From: a virus
Lineage: Duplodnaviria; Caudoviricetes
Length of the DNA: 33,375 nucleotides
Reading direction: 5' to 3' (one strand)
Virus record (IMG/VR): IMGVR_UViG_3300005611_000116
Span: 1-33,375 of that record
Shown here: positions 1 to 8,704 of the stretch, one piece after another
How the letters are laid out: every line of letters starts with the position of its first letter
Numbering within the stretch: position 1 is the first letter of the stretch
The notes under the pieces: generated by a model
The model's database searches: none
Told to the model about the DNA's origin: nothing
The model's input: the letters and a program-made list of their open reading frames with translations, nothing else
Program-made: the position numbers and the translations under genes

Positions 1-327
1 ACGCTGGCAGCACTGGGTTTAGGTCCGACTGAGCAGTTGATCGCAGAGCGTCAGGCTATGCAGCAGCAGCCGCAGAGATTCTCCGGCGGCGGTCCTGTGA
101 AGTCCGGGTTACAAATCCTCGGCCGCAGCGCAGCACAAGTGGCGCGCCGTAAGCAGCTCCGTGACCAGATCGATCCGATCAAGGCCCGGATGTCAGAACT
201 GGACGAGATCATCAAAGACCCATCCAAAGGCACAGCCCGTGGCGCAGCGCGGCTGGAAAAAAACAAGTTAGAATCTGAGCTGAAGCCTCTTCAGAAACAG
301 CTCACCGATTTGTATACGAACAAGTAA
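1..327 (+). CDS. 3' part of a probable virion/internal protein (5' truncated by window edge)
   Basis: Frame 1 is open from base 1 to TAA at 325-327. It contains an FSGGGPV motif resembling motifs in the basic proteins after the portal, and converges on the replication block. Confidence 0.7.
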   Translation, partial: TLAALGLGPTEQLIAERQAMQQQPQRFSGGGPVKSGLQILGRSAAQVARRKQLRDQIDPIKARMSELDEIIKDPSKGTARGAARLEKNKLESELKPLQKQLTDLYTNK

Positions 328-340
328 TGAACCGCTATTA

Positions 341-496
341 CTAAGGCCAGTCTCGCTCGCCACGGTCATACAACTGACCGTCGAGCGGGCGTTCCTTTTT
401 CTTTTTTTTAAAGATCTTGTCGTAGTTATCTTCGAAAGCTTTACGGTCTTCGGGGCGACGTTTGCTGCCCTTACCACCGTGCCATTTATCAGACAT
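341..496 (-). CDS. 51-aa small basic phage protein (MSDKWHGGKGSKRRPEDRKAFEDNYDKIF...)
   Basis: Translated by hand (below the ORF-track cutoff). AGGAGG lies 4 nt before the ATG. GGKGS..R....F..NYD.IF resembles a small protein I recall from many phages. Confidence 0.75.
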   Translation of the reverse strand: MSDKWHGGKGSKRRPEDRKAFEDNYDKIFKKKKKERPLDGQLYDRGERDWP

Positions 497-620
497 AAAT
501 CCTCCTAATGAAAGTGTCGGCTTGCGATTACGACAGCCGACGTGCCGTCCTACAACTGCTGCTCTACCGGAGTTCTCAATTCAAGTAGTCCAGCTCTATC
601 AATCGCTGACAGGGAGGGAA

Positions 621-806
621 TCAACCGGCAGCGCCTGCGCCGCCTACACCCTTTAACACGTTCAGCACGACGTCACGCTTGATGTCGTCTGCACTGGTTT
701 CAGTCTCTGGATTCGCAATGTCTTCAGCCGCGTGCACATCGCTCGCGTATGTTGCACCGGTCTTCACGTTGGTAATCACTACAGTTTCTTCAGTGGTGGT
801 AGCCAT
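621..806 (-). CDS. hypothetical phage protein, 61 aa
   Basis: ORF 621-836, start reassigned to ATG 806, which follows an AGGAG RBS. Confidence 0.7.
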   Translation of the reverse strand: MATTTEETVVITNVKTGATYASDVHAAEDIANPETETSADDIKRDVVLNVLKGVGGAGAAG

Positions 807-814
807 GGTATCTC

Positions 815-2257
815 CTATTTCATCCACGTTCGCCATTTCTCATTGAGCACTTCGTCCGCCAAAGACTTCTTGTTGATCAAGGCGGTAAAGATCATCTCGT
901 CAGTTGTGCCGGGAGAGTACAGGTCAACATACGTGACGTTGTTCTTCTGCCCGATACGATGAGCTCGGTCTTCCGACTGGAGCCGCACCTCTAAATTATA
1001 GTTGTTACTGTAGTAGACCACAGTATGCGCAGCCGTCAGGGTCAAGCCATAGCCTGCGGTTGTCGGGTTTCCGACGAAAAAGCGTAGTTTGCTGTCAGGA
1101 TTCTGGAATCGTTCGACGATATTCTGACGCTCATCCGCCGGGGTATCACCGTAGAAGGTGGCGACCGATTCGGCTCCATAAGCCTTTGCTAATTCACGCT
1201 CAATGCGTTGGATGTCGTACCGCCATGTGGCCCAGATGATTAGTTTTCCTTCTGTCTCATCAATAACATTCATCAGCTCGTCGATGCGGTTGTTCTTCAG
1301 CTCGACGATCTCGTCGTCATCGTTCTTCACAAAGCCGCAGGTGATCTGCTGAAGGCGCAGGAGTTGCGTGATCACCTCGGTTACGCTGACCTCACTGCCA
1401 TCCTCTAAGAGGGTCATGGCGAGTTCTTTCATGTTCCGGTAAGCCTTGGCCTGCTCGTCGCTCAGCGGCACCTCACGGCGCGTGTAGATCTTCTCAGGCA
1501 AGTCGAGGCAGTGCTCCTTCAACGCACGATAACTGTACGGGCCGATGCCGTCTGTCAAATCTTTTACGTTTCTGTAGCCGATGATCTGGTCATAGAAGTG
1601 GGCGCCGGTCGAGCGGCGCACGGTGATGGCGTGATGGTTCTTGAATGCGTAGTACGACTGGAAGCCGAGGATGTGCTTATCCAAGAAATAAAACTGAGCG
1701 TAAAGATCGAGCGGCGACTGGGTGACCGGTGAGCCGGTAGCGATGCGGCGGAAACGAGCGCCTTTGCTCAGCTTCACAATGGCCTTGGTCCGCTTGGCCG
1801 AGGCGTTCTTGATTGTCGTGCTCTCATCGACCGCCATGAACATCTTGCCCGAGTTCAGAAACCGCTGCGCAAATTCCGCGCCCTTCTTGGTTGAAAACGC
1901 TTCGACATTCATCACCAGAACACGCAAGCCCGGCATGAGCGGGTTGATGATCTGCTCGAGCGCAGCTTTTTCTTTTGCCTTCGGGCTCGGGTTCCACGGC
2001 GTGGCGGTGTATTGAATATGGTCAGCCATGTGGACCGGGATTTCCTGTCGATCCCAGTTGCGATACACGCCCTTCGGAGCAATGATCAGAGCGCCATCGA
2101 TCCTGCCCTTGTCATAGAGCATAGCAATGTTGTCGATCAAGACCTTTGACTTGCCCGTACCCATTTCCATGAGCAACGCATACTCGGTCTTGTCCCACGA
2201 TCTTTTCAGTGCTTCCAACTGATGTTGGTAAGGCTTTGTCTTGAAGCTGTATTCCAT
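815..2257 (-). CDS. SNF2-family (SF2) DNA helicase
   Basis: Walker A MEMGTGKSK, motif II DESTT, motif III ATGSP, motif V AGYGLTL, motif VI QSEDRAHRIGQ. AGGAGG RBS before ATG 2257. Confidence 0.93.
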   Translation of the reverse strand: MEYSFKTKPYQHQLEALKRSWDKTEYALLMEMGTGKSKVLIDNIAMLYDKGRIDGALIIAPKGVYRNWDRQEIPVHMADHIQYTATPWNPSPKAKEKAALEQIINPLMPGLRVLVMNVEAFSTKKGAEFAQRFLNSGKMFMAVDESTTIKNASAKRTKAIVKLSKGARFRRIATGSPVTQSPLDLYAQFYFLDKHILGFQSYYAFKNHHAITVRRSTGAHFYDQIIGYRNVKDLTDGIGPYSYRALKEHCLDLPEKIYTRREVPLSDEQAKAYRNMKELAMTLLEDGSEVSVTEVITQLLRLQQITCGFVKNDDDEIVELKNNRIDELMNVIDETEGKLIIWATWRYDIQRIERELAKAYGAESVATFYGDTPADERQNIVERFQNPDSKLRFFVGNPTTAGYGLTLTAAHTVVYYSNNYNLEVRLQSEDRAHRIGQKNNVTYVDLYSPGTTDEMIFTALINKKSLADEVLNEKWRTWMK

Positions 2258-2279
2258 GGCTTCCTCCTTTCTGCGGCCC

Positions 2280-2308
2280 ATGTTATGATCGCAAGATCTT
2301 TATGTCAA
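2280..2308. promoter_or_regulatory. overlapping divergent sigma70-type promoters
   Basis: Minus strand: TTGACA (2303-2308)-N17-TAACAT (2280-2285). Plus strand: extended -10 TGt-TATGAT (2281-2289). Confidence 0.6.
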
Positions 2309-2326
2309 CAGAAAGGAGACAGCACC

Positions 2327-2644
2327 ATGACGGTTTACGTCGTTCAGGAAGTACAAGGTAGAGACATCATCGGCGCTATGAAATATGGGCAGCTTGTTTC
2401 CTTGCTTCCGCCGGGCAATCAGATCGTATTAAGCGCACAGCCGGTTGTACGCAGCCTGAACCGTTCGTTGAAGAACTTCTCAGATGACGATTACTTGCTG
2501 TGCATGGGGGACCCAACAGCCATCGGTATCGCCACGGCCATTGCTGCTCGACACAATCGCGGCCGGGTCAAGTTCCTGAAGTGGGACAAGCGGGAGTTCA
2601 CGTACTACCCGATCGAGATCGATATCTCCGGGGCTGAGGTCTAG
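2327..2644 (+). CDS. conserved hypothetical phage protein, 105 aa
   Basis: AGAAAGGAG RBS before ATG 2327. Compact alpha/beta-looking sequence (DYLLCMGDP..IGIA..., LKWD...YYP). It is the only plus-strand gene in the leftward block. Confidence 0.8.
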   Translation: MTVYVVQEVQGRDIIGAMKYGQLVSLLPPGNQIVLSAQPVVRSLNRSLKNFSDDDYLLCMGDPTAIGIATAIAARHNRGRVKFLKWDKREFTYYPIEIDISGAEV

Positions 2645-2662
2645 AGGAAAAAAGCTATTTGC

Positions 2663-2688
2663 AAAAAAATCCCGGCTAGTGCCGGGAT
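2663..2688 (-). terminator. intrinsic terminator between convergent genes
   Basis: ATCCCGGC-tagt-GCCGGGAT hairpin (2669-2688) preceded by an A7 run, i.e. a U-tract on the minus strand. Confidence 0.7.
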
Positions 2689-2717
2689 AAGGTTAGGCCA
2701 TCACACCTAGAGGAGGA

Positions 2718-3020
2718 TTAGTGAACGATGCAATCAGCTTCACGCATGCTGATTGTAGCTTTTTCGGTCGTGTCTTCAAGCACCTCGGTATATTCGTCGA
2801 GCATCGATAAAACGACCGCCAGATCCTGCTCCTCAGTGGAGTGAATCGAATCCCGGGCAGCGTCCACGAGGAAGTATGCCGTGGTCCACAACAGCGAGGT
2901 GAGGATCTCAGCCCGCGTTAGGTTACCGTTCGACAACACCTTGACATTCGCAAGGTGCACGTTCAAAAGTTCTTGTGAAACCTCAGCGTCGAAGACGCTT
3001 TTTAACCAACTGTTATCCAT
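2718..3020 (-). CDS. hypothetical protein, 100 aa
   Basis: Start overlaps the polymerase stop (TGATG coupling). Confidence 0.7.
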   Translation of the reverse strand: MDNSWLKSVFDAEVSQELLNVHLANVKVLSNGNLTRAEILTSLLWTTAYFLVDAARDSIHSTEEQDLAVVLSMLDEYTEVLEDTTEKATISMREADCIVH

Positions 3021-4906
3021 CAGTCTTTCCTGTATCGGAAGCTTTCAAATCCTTCGGCCCCGATGGGCAAGCCTGCGGCCCAGTCGGGTAGGTCTATCAT
3101 TATTTGTTTAAGTACTGGTAGACCATCAAAGTCTTCCGGCACATCAATCACCAGTTCGTCGTGCACCGAGATGACAACAGGAAGGTTTTCCTCTTCGCAT
3201 TTTACCCAAGCATGGGCAAGCAGGTCACGCGCTACAGCCTGCGTAACATTCTCCACCAGCTTGCCGCCATACGTATCTGTGATGCCGTACATGCTATCGC
3301 GAAACTTAATCTTGTTCCCCTGCAAGAACGCACCCGGATAGATCAGCACGCGGCCTGACGGCAGCGCAAGACGCAGGTATCGATTCTTGTATTGGAACTT
3401 CAGATTGCGGTAGCTGATTACTGTGCCTTCTTGAAGGATAGCTTTCCGCGCATGTTCTTCCACACCGTGCCAATACTTGACGACGTTCTTATTGCTCTTG
3501 CGCCAGCCGTCAACGATCGACATGGCTCGCTCGTCTTCCACTTGCACACCGTAATTATTCGCCATGCTGATAAAAGCACCAGCCGCACCTTGATAGCCGA
3601 GCGCCAGAACCGCCACTTTGCCGATAAACCGTTCATCTTTTGTGATGTCCTCCATCTTCTTGTTGTAGATACCGGCAGCCGCGTGCTCGTACATCTTGCC
3701 GTGGCCCCGGAAAACTTCGAGGGTATCTTCTTGCCCGGCTAGCCAAGCAAGCACTCGCGCCTCGATCGCTGAGTAGTCGCAGATGGCGAGCTTGTTGCCC
3801 GGGCTGGCGGTGAACATACCGCGCAGGCAGGAGCTCGCAATCTCAAATATGCTTTTGTTGTACAGCATCTCCGCCCATTCAAGATCGCCGGTCTTCAACG
3901 CTTCGACTCCGCCGTCGATATCCTTCATCGAACCTCGCGGAAGATTCTGCGGCTGGGCTCCGCGACCGGACCATCGGCCTGTCGAAGCACCGTGGTACAT
4001 CAATGATCCCCGCAGCCGTCCATCGTTGTCGGTGCGATTAATCAGTGAGTCGTACTTAGCTGTCGAGGTCTTGCCCACGTCCTGTCGAAGCTCGAGCACT
4101 TCGCGCACATGCTGCGGTAGATCCGTTCTTAAAAGATCCGACACGGTCTGCTTGCGCAGATTGTCTGTGTCGACGCCTTGCTCTTGCACCCATTTCGTCA
4201 GCAAAGCTACCCGGCTGAGTGCGTCTTCCGGCAAACCGTACTTAGGCATACGTGCGAAGGCACGCTCCCGCCCCTGCGCCAACATATCGACCACGGTCTT
4301 GCAGGTCGGCACGTCGACGAACACACCGCGCTCGTTGTACGCGTTGGTTGTCTGAAAGACTTTCTCTTCCATGTCAGACAGCGGCCGGACCTTCTTGGCA
4401 AGCATCGATTCCGTGACGACGTCTTGCTTGCAATATTCATGCAGCCGTTCAATCTGTTCCGGCAGCTCCCAGTACTTGGCAGGGTTTAGCTTGGATGGAC
4501 GACGAGGCTTCGCCATCTTCTTCATCAGCTTGCTGCCTTCCATGTCTTTCTTGACCGGCAGCTTCAGCGCTTCAACCGCTTTCTCCAGAGAGCGCGGGAG
4601 CGACATAGCTGCAACCATGGCTGCCGTATCGCGGCGCTGCCACAGCGGGATACGAGGCCAGCCGAGGGTGTGTTCCCAGATGTTGGCGTCGAACTCGATA
4701 TTGTGCGCTACGAACAGCGTGCCGAGTTCAACGTGTCGAATAATTTCGTGTGGCTTAGGATCGCCCTTACGCCATAGTTTGATATCGCCTTCGTCAATGC
4801 GGTATGCAAGACACATAGCTTCCGTGCTCGGATGCTTGGCATACACGTACGCGCCGACGTCTTTAACGTCAAGCTCGCTTCTTGTTTCAAAGTCGAAGTG
4901 GATCAT
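3020..4906 (-). CDS. polA: family A DNA polymerase with 3'-5' exonuclease domain
   Basis: ExoI DFET, ExoII AHNIEFD, ExoIII YCKQDV, TGRWSG..QPQNLPR, motif A DYSAIEARVLA, motif B RFIGKVAVLALGY, motif C VHDE. Confidence 0.96.
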   Translation of the reverse strand: MIHFDFETRSELDVKDVGAYVYAKHPSTEAMCLAYRIDEGDIKLWRKGDPKPHEIIRHVELGTLFVAHNIEFDANIWEHTLGWPRIPLWQRRDTAAMVAAMSLPRSLEKAVEALKLPVKKDMEGSKLMKKMAKPRRPSKLNPAKYWELPEQIERLHEYCKQDVVTESMLAKKVRPLSDMEEKVFQTTNAYNERGVFVDVPTCKTVVDMLAQGRERAFARMPKYGLPEDALSRVALLTKWVQEQGVDTDNLRKQTVSDLLRTDLPQHVREVLELRQDVGKTSTAKYDSLINRTDNDGRLRGSLMYHGASTGRWSGRGAQPQNLPRGSMKDIDGGVEALKTGDLEWAEMLYNKSIFEIASSCLRGMFTASPGNKLAICDYSAIEARVLAWLAGQEDTLEVFRGHGKMYEHAAAGIYNKKMEDITKDERFIGKVAVLALGYQGAAGAFISMANNYGVQVEDERAMSIVDGWRKSNKNVVKYWHGVEEHARKAILQEGTVISYRNLKFQYKNRYLRLALPSGRVLIYPGAFLQGNKIKFRDSMYGITDTYGGKLVENVTQAVARDLLAHAWVKCEEENLPVVISVHDELVIDVPEDFDGLPVLKQIMIDLPDWAAGLPIGAEGFESFRYRKD

Positions 4907-4920
4907 TCTTTCTTTCTAAA

Positions 4921-4944
4921 TTAAAAGGCCCCCCGAAGGGGGCC
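4921..4944 (-). terminator. intrinsic terminator after SSB gene
   Basis: Minus strand GGCCCCC-TTCG-GGGGGCC-TTTT. Confidence 0.7.
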
Positions 4945-4966
4945 ACAATAGCCGATGAGCTCGACC

Positions 4967-5476
4967 TTACAGATCCATGTCGTCGTCGTCTAAGTCTTCG
5001 AAGTCCATGTCTGCATTTGTGCGTGAGCCGAACGGTTCGCCATCACGTAGTTTCTGAACGTTGTTCAGAGCAAAGGACACGCCTTTGTTGCCTGCCGTAT
5101 CGTAAGCAAAAGCTACGACAGAAGCTCGGGCATAACACCCACCATAGAACTCGGAGTCATCCAAGATCGGCTGCTTAGCACGGTCTACGACCTGTGGCTT
5201 AGTCTTCGTGTTTGCCTTGATGGCAACCATTCCGGCATAGCCGTCGTATTCCTTCTCGTCGCCATCGACAAATGGCATGCGAAGATTCTTAGGAATCTTG
5301 TCGCCCCACTTCTCTTTAGCGGCTTCGTCAGCGGCCTTCTTCAGATCCGAAATGTCAGAATCCTTCGGGAACAGCATCGTGACGCTGAACTTAGGCTCCT
5401 GACCTTCGAACGCCGTAGCCTTAAAGACTGACGGGAAAGACACGCGGAACTCTTTGGTAACAATACGCTTACTCAT
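4967..5476 (-). CDS. single-stranded DNA-binding protein (DUF2815 / T7 gp2.5-like)
   Basis: RVSFPSVF, KFSVTMLFPK, P..DGD, FYGGCYARAS, GNKGVSFALNNVQKLRDGEPFG and an acidic C-terminal tail (FEDLDDDDMDL). Located between the DUF2800-like gene and PolA. Confidence 0.9.
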   Translation of the reverse strand: MSKRIVTKEFRVSFPSVFKATAFEGQEPKFSVTMLFPKDSDISDLKKAADEAAKEKWGDKIPKNLRMPFVDGDEKEYDGYAGMVAIKANTKTKPQVVDRAKQPILDDSEFYGGCYARASVVAFAYDTAGNKGVSFALNNVQKLRDGEPFGSRTNADMDFEDLDDDDMDL

Positions 5477-5518
5477 ATCTACTTTCTCCATAGACTGGGA
5501 TTATTGGAAAGCGGTGCA

Positions 5519-6619
5519 TCAATCGAAATCGAGATCAGCTACCGTAGTTAAGGCGTTTCGAGGATCGCCCTCTGGCGCCAGTGTTGGCTTTGCAGGTGAC
5601 TGCTCCACCAACTTGTCATCTGCTAGGTCGGGCCGAAGCTTGAAGACTTTCGCCGGTGACAGAAGCTTAGTTTCGTACAGGTCAGGGAACGTGTCAACGG
5701 GGAACATGCCTTCAACACCGTTGATCCACTTTCGATTTCCTTTACGCCCGGCAACAAGCTTATAGCCGGGAGGCGGGTTGCCTTCTGCTGCACGGTTCAA
5801 AGCCTGAATCGCAACAGCATCCAAGAACGAGCGGATCAAATCAGCTTTCGCTAATACTTCACCGATCTGTTCGTTGGTCAGCACGCTGACGTCACGCGTA
5901 GCATCAAGGTCGTTGAAGTCATCAAGCTGAGCCGGGCATACGCCAAGCGCAGGACACCAACGACAGTGATCGCCTTGCACGAGCGGAGCGTTGGGGAGAC
6001 GTGTGGCCTTGACTGCTTGCGTGAAGTCACGCTCCCAGTTGTCCATGTCTTCCTTGTTCCACACCGTGGACGTAACGCCATCAATGACACGAGGCTGCAC
6101 GATATAGGCTTCGATCTTCTTCAGGTCATACGATCTAAAGGGACCGAGAGCATAGAACGCAAGCTGCGGATTGTTCTCCGCCGCCACGCGCACGCCCTTG
6201 CCGTACTTCAGATCGAAGATAATCGCATTGTCGTATGGCTTGACGAGCATGGCATCGTTGGTGCCGAACATGCGCTCATCGATCCAAGACAGATCGACTT
6301 TGCTTTCGACAAACAAATGATAGCCGTCCTTCATCTTCTCGCGCACAAGGTCCAAGTAAACCTGTACGTGAGCCGCCATCTCGTCATCGACCGTGAACCC
6401 GTTGTACTCATCGCCAATACAGTCCGCCGCGTTCATGCCTAGCTTCAAACAATCTTCCGCTAGTTCATGAGCCGCAGTGCCCTCACGGGCGTAGACTGAT
6501 CCTCCGTCATCATCTTCTCTTGGTACCTGCTCGGACAGATGTACTGATCCTGCGCAGGTCATCCACCGCTTGGCGCTCGAGGCGCCAACGATGGAATGGG
6601 CGGGTGGTTCAAAGGTCAT
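5519..6619 (-). CDS. DUF2800 / Cas4-like PD-(D/E)xK exonuclease with probable Fe-S cluster
   Basis: Start reassigned to ATG 6619 (AGGAG RBS). Motifs HS..GASSA.RW..C.GS, EGT.AH, FGT.D, DLKYGKG, QL.FY, and C-terminal HCRWCP....C (1+3 Cys arrangement). Confidence 0.88.
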   Translation of the reverse strand: MTFEPPAHSIVGASSAKRWMTCAGSVHLSEQVPREDDDGGSVYAREGTAAHELAEDCLKLGMNAADCIGDEYNGFTVDDEMAAHVQVYLDLVREKMKDGYHLFVESKVDLSWIDERMFGTNDAMLVKPYDNAIIFDLKYGKGVRVAAENNPQLAFYALGPFRSYDLKKIEAYIVQPRVIDGVTSTVWNKEDMDNWERDFTQAVKATRLPNAPLVQGDHCRWCPALGVCPAQLDDFNDLDATRDVSVLTNEQIGEVLAKADLIRSFLDAVAIQALNRAAEGNPPPGYKLVAGRKGNRKWINGVEGMFPVDTFPDLYETKLLSPAKVFKLRPDLADDKLVEQSPAKPTLAPEGDPRNALTTVADLDFD

Positions 6620-6863
6620 CGAGTCGCTCCTGTGCACAAGGTTCAACACACCACACGCGAATACCGTCTTCGTCGTGCTCAGTACGCATTGTGAACTTGC
6701 CGCCAAAGAGCTTTTGAGTACGATGGATTGCCGACGCAACCGCAGCACGCAATTGCTTCATCGTCTTCTGTTCACGCGGAACAAAGAACGAATCGTTCTC
6801 TTCCATCTTCTTGAACGGGTAATGCCGTTGCTGTTTGACCGGGATGTTCTTTTCAATTTCCAT
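6609..6863 (-). CDS. small phage protein, possibly DNA-binding (YPF..ME..DSFFVP...KFT.R...G.RVW)
   Basis: Motif pattern familiar from small phage proteins; AAAGGA RBS. Confidence 0.75.
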   Translation of the reverse strand: MEIEKNIPVKQQRHYPFKKMEENDSFFVPREQKTMKQLRAAVASAIHRTQKLFGGKFTMRTEHDEDGIRVWCVEPCAQERLDDL

Positions 6864-6891
6864 AATTAAATCCTTTCGAACAGCGCATACA

Positions 6892-7278
6892 TCAAGACAA
6901 ATGCGATAACAACGCTAGCAACAATCCACCACCAAAAATCCAAGTCAGTGAAATCCACGCCGAGCAATGGTCGATCTTCGTCTCGAGACGTGAGATAACG
7001 ATGTCGTCGATCTGACTCCGGGGTACGTTGAACCTCACGCTCAAGCCGTCCAAGTACCCGCTCAGAAAATCCGGCAGTTGATCCATGGTCAGTGGTTCAG
7101 TCGTAGGTTGTGGGGCAGGGGCTACGCGAGACTGCTTCACTTTGCCCTTGCCCTTCTTGCTGTAACGCACAACCGTTCCCTGCGATACGCCAACTAGCTC
7201 GGACGTAGCTTTGATTGAGTAACCTTTGTTACGCAGGCTTACGATCTCTTTCACTTTCTTTTCGTCAATCTTTCTCAT
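6892..7278 (-). CDS. N-terminal HTH protein with hydrophobic C-terminus
   Basis: GYSIKATSELVGVSQGTVVRY helix-turn-helix; C-terminal WISLTWIFGGGLLLALL; AGGAG RBS. Confidence 0.75.
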   Translation of the reverse strand: MRKIDEKKVKEIVSLRNKGYSIKATSELVGVSQGTVVRYSKKGKGKVKQSRVAPAPQPTTEPLTMDQLPDFLSGYLDGLSVRFNVPRSQIDDIVISRLETKIDHCSAWISLTWIFGGGLLLALLSHLS

Positions 7279-7288
7279 CTTCTTTCTC

Positions 7289-7555
7289 CTAAAAGTTGGT
7301 CCGAAACTGGTTTAGTCTCGGCATGATGTCTCTGTTCAGCTCCGTTGCTAAATCAGAGAGTTCCTTAGCCACGTCAGCCGTTTCATCTATGGCTGCGCTC
7401 TCAAACAAAAACACTGCATCTTTGAACCGCCGTTGGAAATGCAATAGCTTTGCTTCCACAATGGCCTTGTCGCCGACGCGGAAGTCTTTCCACTCTTGAT
7501 AATCATCGACCTGATCTTCACGATCATCGATCGAGTAAGGACATTCATAACTCAT
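7289..7555 (-). CDS. hypothetical protein, 88 aa
   Basis: AGAAAGGAG RBS before ATG 7555. Confidence 0.7.
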   Translation of the reverse strand: MSYECPYSIDDREDQVDDYQEWKDFRVGDKAIVEAKLLHFQRRFKDAVFLFESAAIDETADVAKELSDLATELNRDIMPRLNQFRTNF

Positions 7556-7731
7556 AGCTCTTCTCCTTTCTGGGTATATGAGTCTAGCAGATCTAGTGCG
7601 TGCAGTACAGTCACACACTTTAACTGCGCTTCATAATTGCTCGGTCGACTCGCCAACACTTTATTTGCTGCTCCAAGTTTCACAACAAGCGAAGTGCGAA
7701 AGCCGCGCAAGGTCTTTAGCTCTTTTCGCAT
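7552..7731 (-). CDS. hypothetical protein, 59 aa (MRKELKTLRGF...QKGEEL)
   Basis: Translated by hand. Fills the gap and couples to the next gene through an ATGA overlap. Confidence 0.55.
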   Translation of the reverse strand: MRKELKTLRGFRTSLVVKLGAANKVLASRPSNYEAQLKCVTVLHALDLLDSYTQKGEEL

Positions 7732-7892
7732 ACAGACGTGTCTTTCAAATCCATCATGAATTCCGCATCGATACGGCGTGTCAGCTCCTTTATTTCTACG
7801 GTCATATCGATATGGCGGGGGTCGTTGTTGTTGACTAATGTCCGCGCCGCCAGTAACTGTCTGCGGCGGTCTATCATTTCTTGAAACGTCAT
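7716..7892 (-). CDS. hypothetical protein, 58 aa
   Basis: AAAGGAG RBS before ATG 7892. Confidence 0.65.
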   Translation of the reverse strand: MTFQEMIDRRRQLLAARTLVNNNDPRHIDMTVEIKELTRRIDAEFMMDLKDTSVCEKS

Positions 7893-7949
7893 GTGTTCTT
7901 CTCCTTTAGCTTGGCGTAGGTCAGTCATTTTCTTCGACCGTCGGTTGTT

Positions 7950-8255
7950 TTAATCTCCAAAATCCACCCACGGGTCGTCTATCTCTACCCATTTGTCTTC
8001 GGATGGGACGTGCTGCCAACTCTGATCAATGTGTTCATAGGTGAATTCGTTTGTATACCAGCCGAGCTTACCGTTAGGATCAATCCAAGCGAATAGCCTG
8101 ATCGTACCGGCCGGGCGGTAATCAAAATCATCCCAGTACCACCCCGGGTCAGAATCTAAAACCCATTCTTTACCCGTAATATGCCGCTCAATCTCACCAC
8201 CATCGACATAGTGCTGCATGATCTCGATAATCTCTTTTGTTCCTTCTCTAGTCAC
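7950..8255 (-). CDS. hypothetical phage protein (Trp-rich, P.W.W...DYR motif)
   Basis: GTG start at 8255 after AGGAG; overlaps the upstream gene's stop. Confidence 0.7.
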   Translation of the reverse strand: MTREGTKEIIEIMQHYVDGGEIERHITGKEWVLDSDPGWYWDDFDYRPAGTIRLFAWIDPNGKLGWYTNEFTYEHIDQSWQHVPSEDKWVEIDDPWVDFGD

Positions 8256-8472
8256 GATGCCACTCCTTGTGCAGCCGACCAATGATCCAGTCGCGCTCTT
8301 TCGAAAGCTTCTGGTACTCAGGTGAGTCGTGCCTCAGTGCAGACTCAGGTCCGTCCTTACCCATCTTGGTCTTGCGTGAGATCTTCAGCATCTCTTTGCA
8401 GACCGTCATCAATTTCACACGCAAGCGCATGACGTGTGGGTTGTGCAGGAACTCAGGATTACGTGCCTTCAC
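8248..8472 (-). CDS. hypothetical protein, 74 aa
   Basis: GTG start at 8472 after AAGGAG. Confidence 0.6.
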   Translation of the reverse strand: MKARNPEFLHNPHVMRLRVKLMTVCKEMLKISRKTKMGKDGPESALRHDSPEYQKLSKERDWIIGRLHKEWHRD

Positions 8473-8704
8473 GTGCAATCTCCTTGTACTCACCGCACCA
8501 TGCGTTATCGACTGTCGTCGGCCACGCCCACCAGATGGCGTTGTCGGATTGATTAAGAACCGTTTCCAACTGATCAGGGGTTTGCGTCATTCCGAATTCA
8601 GTCAGGATCCAAGGGATGTCCATGGTCGGAGGCTTACGACGGCACAAGCCTTCGCCTCTCGCTTGGTGCTCAGGATCCCAGTACATACAGGTTTCACATT
8701 TCAT
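8459..8704 (-). CDS. small Cys-containing (probable metal-binding) phage protein
   Basis: CETC..W...G.CRR.PP...WP.T....WCGE pattern. Confidence 0.75.
   Translation of the reverse strand: MKCETCMYWDPEHQARGEGLCRRKPPTMDIPWILTEFGMTQTPDQLETVLNQSDNAIWWAWPTTVDNAWCGEYKEIAREGT

Noticed and set aside
268-477. 69-aa minus-strand ORF from the track
   Set aside because: No RBS, and it overlaps the convergent gene; the alternative frame 341-496 has a perfect RBS.
7575-7615. Promoter-like TAGACT/GCACTA segment on the minus strand
   Set aside because: It lies inside the 59-aa ORF 7552-7731, which is translationally coupled to the next gene, and it has no good -35.
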